Source: Candidatus Bathyarchaeota archaeon
GTDB taxonomy: Archaea; Thermoproteota; Bathyarchaeia; Bathyarchaeales; DTEX01
Length of the DNA stretch: 64,000 nt
NCBI GenBank assembly: GCA_963714275.1
Contig: CAVQNT010000002.1
Location: forward strand, 864,001-928,000
Reading direction: 5' to 3'
Each line of letters starts with the position of its first letter. The stretch's first letter is position 1. A program made the position numbers and the translations under genes. The notes beneath the pieces were generated by a model. That model had not been told where the DNA came from. It searched no databases and saw only the letters and a program-made list of their open reading frames with translations. Of the stretch, positions 60,885 to 64,000 are shown one piece after another.

Positions 60885-61589
60885 ATGATAGATTTTATGA
60901 TGAGATACCCTTCCTTGAAGACGCCAGTTAGATGGCTAGTAGTGTTTCTAATACTCTCCGCAGTAACCATTACACCTGCCAATTCTCAGACGGAAACGAC
61001 AACCGAGACTACATCAGTAACTTCAGTAACAACGGAGACTACGACTGAGACTACCCAAATAACTTCAGTAACAACCGAGACAACAACTCAAACCAAGACT
61101 TCCGCAAGACGAACAGTAACTTCAGTAACAACTGCAACCACTACTCAGACTACGATCACAACTACGACTCCGGCAACCTCAGTTACAACAGCAACTACGA
61201 CTGCGACCACGACTCAGACTACTTTAGTAACGTCTGTAACAACTGCGATAACCACTCTGACAACAACTACTTCCACCCCATTGACCTTATTTACTACATT
61301 AAGGGAAACGACAACTACTACTACTTCAATAACGTCAGTATCAACAAAAACGGAGACTACTACTACTCCTGTAACATCAGTAACAACTGCGACAACAACT
61401 CAAACTACAACTTCAACTACGACTCCAGCACCGTCAATAATAACAGCAACAGAGACAACCACACTCATTTCAACTACAGTAATAGTTCCCACAATTCTAT
61501 GGTACGGTCTATGGTACCCAGTAATAGTGGGAATAGTAATATTCGCCATCATAATAAGCGTCTATGTACTGGCAAAGCCTAAGTCATAA
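60885..61589 (+). CDS. Thr-rich mucin-like surface protein
   Basis: Signal peptide, repeated TSVTT(E/A)TT units, C-terminal TM plus KPKS. Confidence 0.8.
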   Translation: MIDFMMRYPSLKTPVRWLVVFLILSAVTITPANSQTETTTETTSVTSVTTETTTETTQITSVTTETTTQTKTSARRTVTSVTTATTTQTTITTTTPATSVTTATTTATTTQTTLVTSVTTAITTLTTTTSTPLTLFTTLRETTTTTTSITSVSTKTETTTTPVTSVTTATTTQTTTSTTTPAPSIITATETTTLISTTVIVPTILWYGLWYPVIVGIVIFAIIISVYVLAKPKS

Positions 61590-61659
61590 TGATTAGGCTT
61601 GTTTTTGTGAATAAATGCGATGAATAATATATAAATTAAAGATAAAGAACATAAGGAGA

Positions 61660-61829
61660 TTAGATTACTTCTTTTTCTTTAAGATATTCGCGAATGCAGA
61701 AGTTAATAAAGCTAGATGGGCTTCTTACTCCATTTTTTAGCTTTAGTTCATCTTTTTTCTCATCATAGAACTAAAAGCTCGCCTATAAACTTCTATTGGA
61801 ACTGCGAGTGATCTCCAACCTTCAACCAT
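61660..61829 (-). CDS. Small ribbon-helix-helix-like DNA-binding protein, 1 apparent frameshift
   Basis: MVEGWRSLAVPIEVYRRAF/FYDEKKDELKLKNGVRSPSSFINFCIREYLKEKEVI; GGAGG RBS; not in the ORF track. Confidence 0.55.
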
Positions 61830-62198
61830 TCATGATTTCCTCCTTTATATTTTGAAGATACTACTACCCAGCATTGAAATCGATTTTGGATTTGGACGTT
61901 TTATAACAGTATAATATTTAAACTTTTTGATGTTATACATAACAGTTTATAAATAACTTTTGGGATGACGAATTCTCCTTGAACTTTTTTTATGTACAAC
62001 CGCATCTATCGACTTCTCGCATTTTCCTAATTCCTAAGGTTAACTGTGAAAATTCAAAAGAAGAGTTTATTCTAGTAGCTTGCTAGCTATGCTTTCCCAT
62101 GAAAAATTGACGAGGACACAGAACAATGAATGCCACTTACTGCAATATTAACACAAAACCTATATAATAAAAAATTAATAGCAGACTGAAGCGAGAAG

Positions 62199-62802
62199 TT
62201 GAAGCTTATCTTTAAGAGTTTTAGGGCTGCTCTTTGCAGATTTGGGAATATTTTCTCTGGTCTGTTCATTTTTTGTTCCTTTTTATCGTTCTCTACCTGC
62301 TTGGAAACATTGGGATGGCACTTATACAATTGGGGCAGGAACGAGCAATGGACCTTTAGTAGAACTGTCCTATTGGCCAGTGGTTGAAGGAATGCTTGAA
62401 ATAAGCGGAGGCCACAATGATATTTATTTCTCAATAGAAGACTCTCAGGGAGGAACTGTAATTTCGAAAACGTTGGCGATAGATAGATACTACTTCGGTC
62501 CATTTCAGGCGTCACATAACACATATTATTTCAAGTTTGACAATAGTATAAGCCTGGATACACCCAAGACGGTATATTGGATAGTCCGTGCGTATTGGTA
62601 TAACCTTGTATTCTTAATATTTGGTGTTTCTTCACTGGCTTTGGGAATAATCGTATTGTTGTATGAAAGAAAAAAAGACCTATTCTTTCGTTGGCGTAGT
62701 CAGCTATGGTTTTTGTTTTTGATGTTGTCTATTTGTAGTAGTATTTTGTTTTTATGTGTTGGGACAGCTTGTTTCAGCCTTAATTTGGGTAACAGGGCTT
62801 GA
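62199..62802 (+). CDS. Membrane protein with GOLD/emp24-like beta domain (probable true stop about 62703)
   Basis: NDIYFSIED.QG, YYFKFDNSIS..TPKTV between two TMs. Confidence 0.6.
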
Positions 62803-62900
62803 ATCTTTGGTGGTTTGCGTCTTGAAACGTCTTTGAATGTCTTGGAAAGGCTAATAAGGTCTTAGAGGCTTGATTTGTCCGTGGGAAGCTGAGGTTTGAC

Positions 62901-63188
62901 GTGCCTTTAACGGAAGTGGTCAGTTTCAAAACGGTGTTACGGAGGGAAAACCGAGTTCAAGTACCTAGACAGATACGGTGGCACTATAAACTGGAGCCCA
63001 CTCAAGTCTTGAAGGTCACAGTAGACGTCGTAGGATCCTTAAGCGCAATAGAAAGCTTCTACGCAATAATGAGAAACGACGGACGCATAACAATACCGAA
63101 ACTAACGCTTAACCTGCTGCAGAGCGAAACCTACGACAAACAGAGCCTAACAGGCAAGGTTTTAGAAGTGCGACTTACACCTGCATAA
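62901..63188 (+). CDS. Tandem AbrB-like domain protein
   Basis: Two swapped-hairpin motifs, NRVQVPRQIR and DGRITIPK; GAGGT RBS. Confidence 0.75.
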   Translation: MPLTEVVSFKTVLRRENRVQVPRQIRWHYKLEPTQVLKVTVDVVGSLSAIESFYAIMRNDGRITIPKLTLNLLQSETYDKQSLTGKVLEVRLTPA

Positions 63189-63280
63189 AAATGTTTAAGG
63201 GCGGACTGGGGAGTTACAGCCCTGCAACTAAAAGGTTAACGTAGGTGAGAATTCATCGGTGTGATTTGTTTTTTACATGG

Positions 63281-63679
63281 TCATTTCCAGATGCGTCTTA
63301 CCCATTTCACTCTGTCAAAGTCTTTGTCGTTCGAGTATATTTCTTTGACGTTATTGCTTTTCATCAATTGAAGGGTGAGGGCGTCTACGTAGTTTATGTT
63401 GTGTGCGTTCATATAGTCTATGGCTGAGAGCATGTCTTCCCAGGATACGGTTGCCTTGTGTAAGCAGATGTAGGAGTTTACAGCAATGATAAAGGTTTTG
63501 AGCCCTTGTCTGCGTCCGTTGTATTCTAGCCAGTCAGTTACCTCTTGGATGATAGCTGTGCTTGTAACGGCTTCCTCGCCGTCTTCGATCCTTTTGAGGA
63601 TGTTCTGGGAGGTTTCGAATGATGCTTGTGGTGATCCTGTAAGGATGTATATGAAAACATTGGAGTCGATGAACCTCAT
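63281..63679 (-). CDS. vapC: VapC PIN-domain toxin
   Basis: FIDSNVF, IQE, NYVDAL, IYSNDKDFD. Confidence 0.88.
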   Translation of the reverse strand: MRFIDSNVFIYILTGSPQASFETSQNILKRIEDGEEAVTSTAIIQEVTDWLEYNGRRQGLKTFIIAVNSYICLHKATVSWEDMLSAIDYMNAHNINYVDALTLQLMKSNNVKEIYSNDKDFDRVKWVRRIWK

Positions 63680-63945
63680 TCTTTAACCCTCGAAAGCTTC
63701 TTCTCGGACCGCTTTGCAGATGCCTTCCGAAGTTCGTCTTTAACCGGTTCGGTGATGGTAATGCCTTCTGCAAGGCCGCTTAGAAGTTTAGTTGGGTTGG
63801 GCACGGTTTTTGGCAGTAGCAGGACCAAGTGTCCTCCCTTTGTCTCCAGTGTTAGGGTGTCGCCTTCTCTGATTGCTAGCCTTTTCCTTATCTCGGCGGG
63901 GATTGTGATCTTACCTTTCTGGAGCACCTTAATTTGGGCACCCAT
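63676..63945 (-). CDS. vapB: AbrB/MazE-type antitoxin
   Basis: KGKITIPAEIRKRLAIREGD; ATGA overlap with vapC. Confidence 0.87.
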   Translation of the reverse strand: MGAQIKVLQKGKITIPAEIRKRLAIREGDTLTLETKGGHLVLLLPKTVPNPTKLLSGLAEGITITEPVKDELRKASAKRSEKKLSRVKE

Positions 63946-64000
63946 ATATATCACACAAGAAGGTAATTGACAAAGGACACATTTAAGTGTTCCCTTTCGC

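Noticed and set aside
60960-61480. Repeat array that might be CRISPR-like
   Set aside because: The repeats are degenerate, in frame and encode Thr-rich protein; there are no unique spacers or cas genes.
52163-64000. Classical integron cassette array
   Set aside because: Genes are in mixed orientations, and I could not identify attC-type R/L box hairpins or an intI gene by eye.

Overview
Archaeal chromosome segment, most consistent with Bathyarchaeia (TACK). The assignment rests on the pus10-rpl21e-rpoF-DUF655-rsmA cluster, BHB-type multi-intron tRNAs, a CdvA-like protein, many zinc-ribbon membrane proteins, a double-AbrB protein and GGTGA/GGAGG RBSs. Positions 1-52 kb are mostly core and metabolic genes: thiL, serA-like, larA-like, nfnA/sudB, trxA, moeA, korAB, SOR, ars genes, nth, glucan and cellobiose phosphorylases, and an NDP-deoxysugar operon. 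Four tRNAs are present: Thr-CGT, Phe-GAA (2 introns), Gly-GCC and Val-TAC (2 introns). Positions 52-64 kb form an AT-richer accessory island with surface/membrane proteins, a GT2, two VapBC modules and gene debris. Main observations: (1) About 20 frameshifts are repaired by restoring the tetramer AGCT. This is a probable DNA-modification (methylation) error signature of an unpolished long-read assembly, so most broken genes are probably intact. (2) A tandem-AGCT motif (read as TAGCTSAGCTA/TAGTSAGCTA, probably truly TAGCTAGCTA) recurs about 14 times between genes, often at the edges of gene fragments and cassette-like units, and is a candidate recombination or insertion footprint. (3) A small ORF, a ClsN/Sph-like SMC ATPase and a CdvA-like coiled-coil gene sit together inside the sugar operon. 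All calls come from manual motif recognition; no database searches were run.
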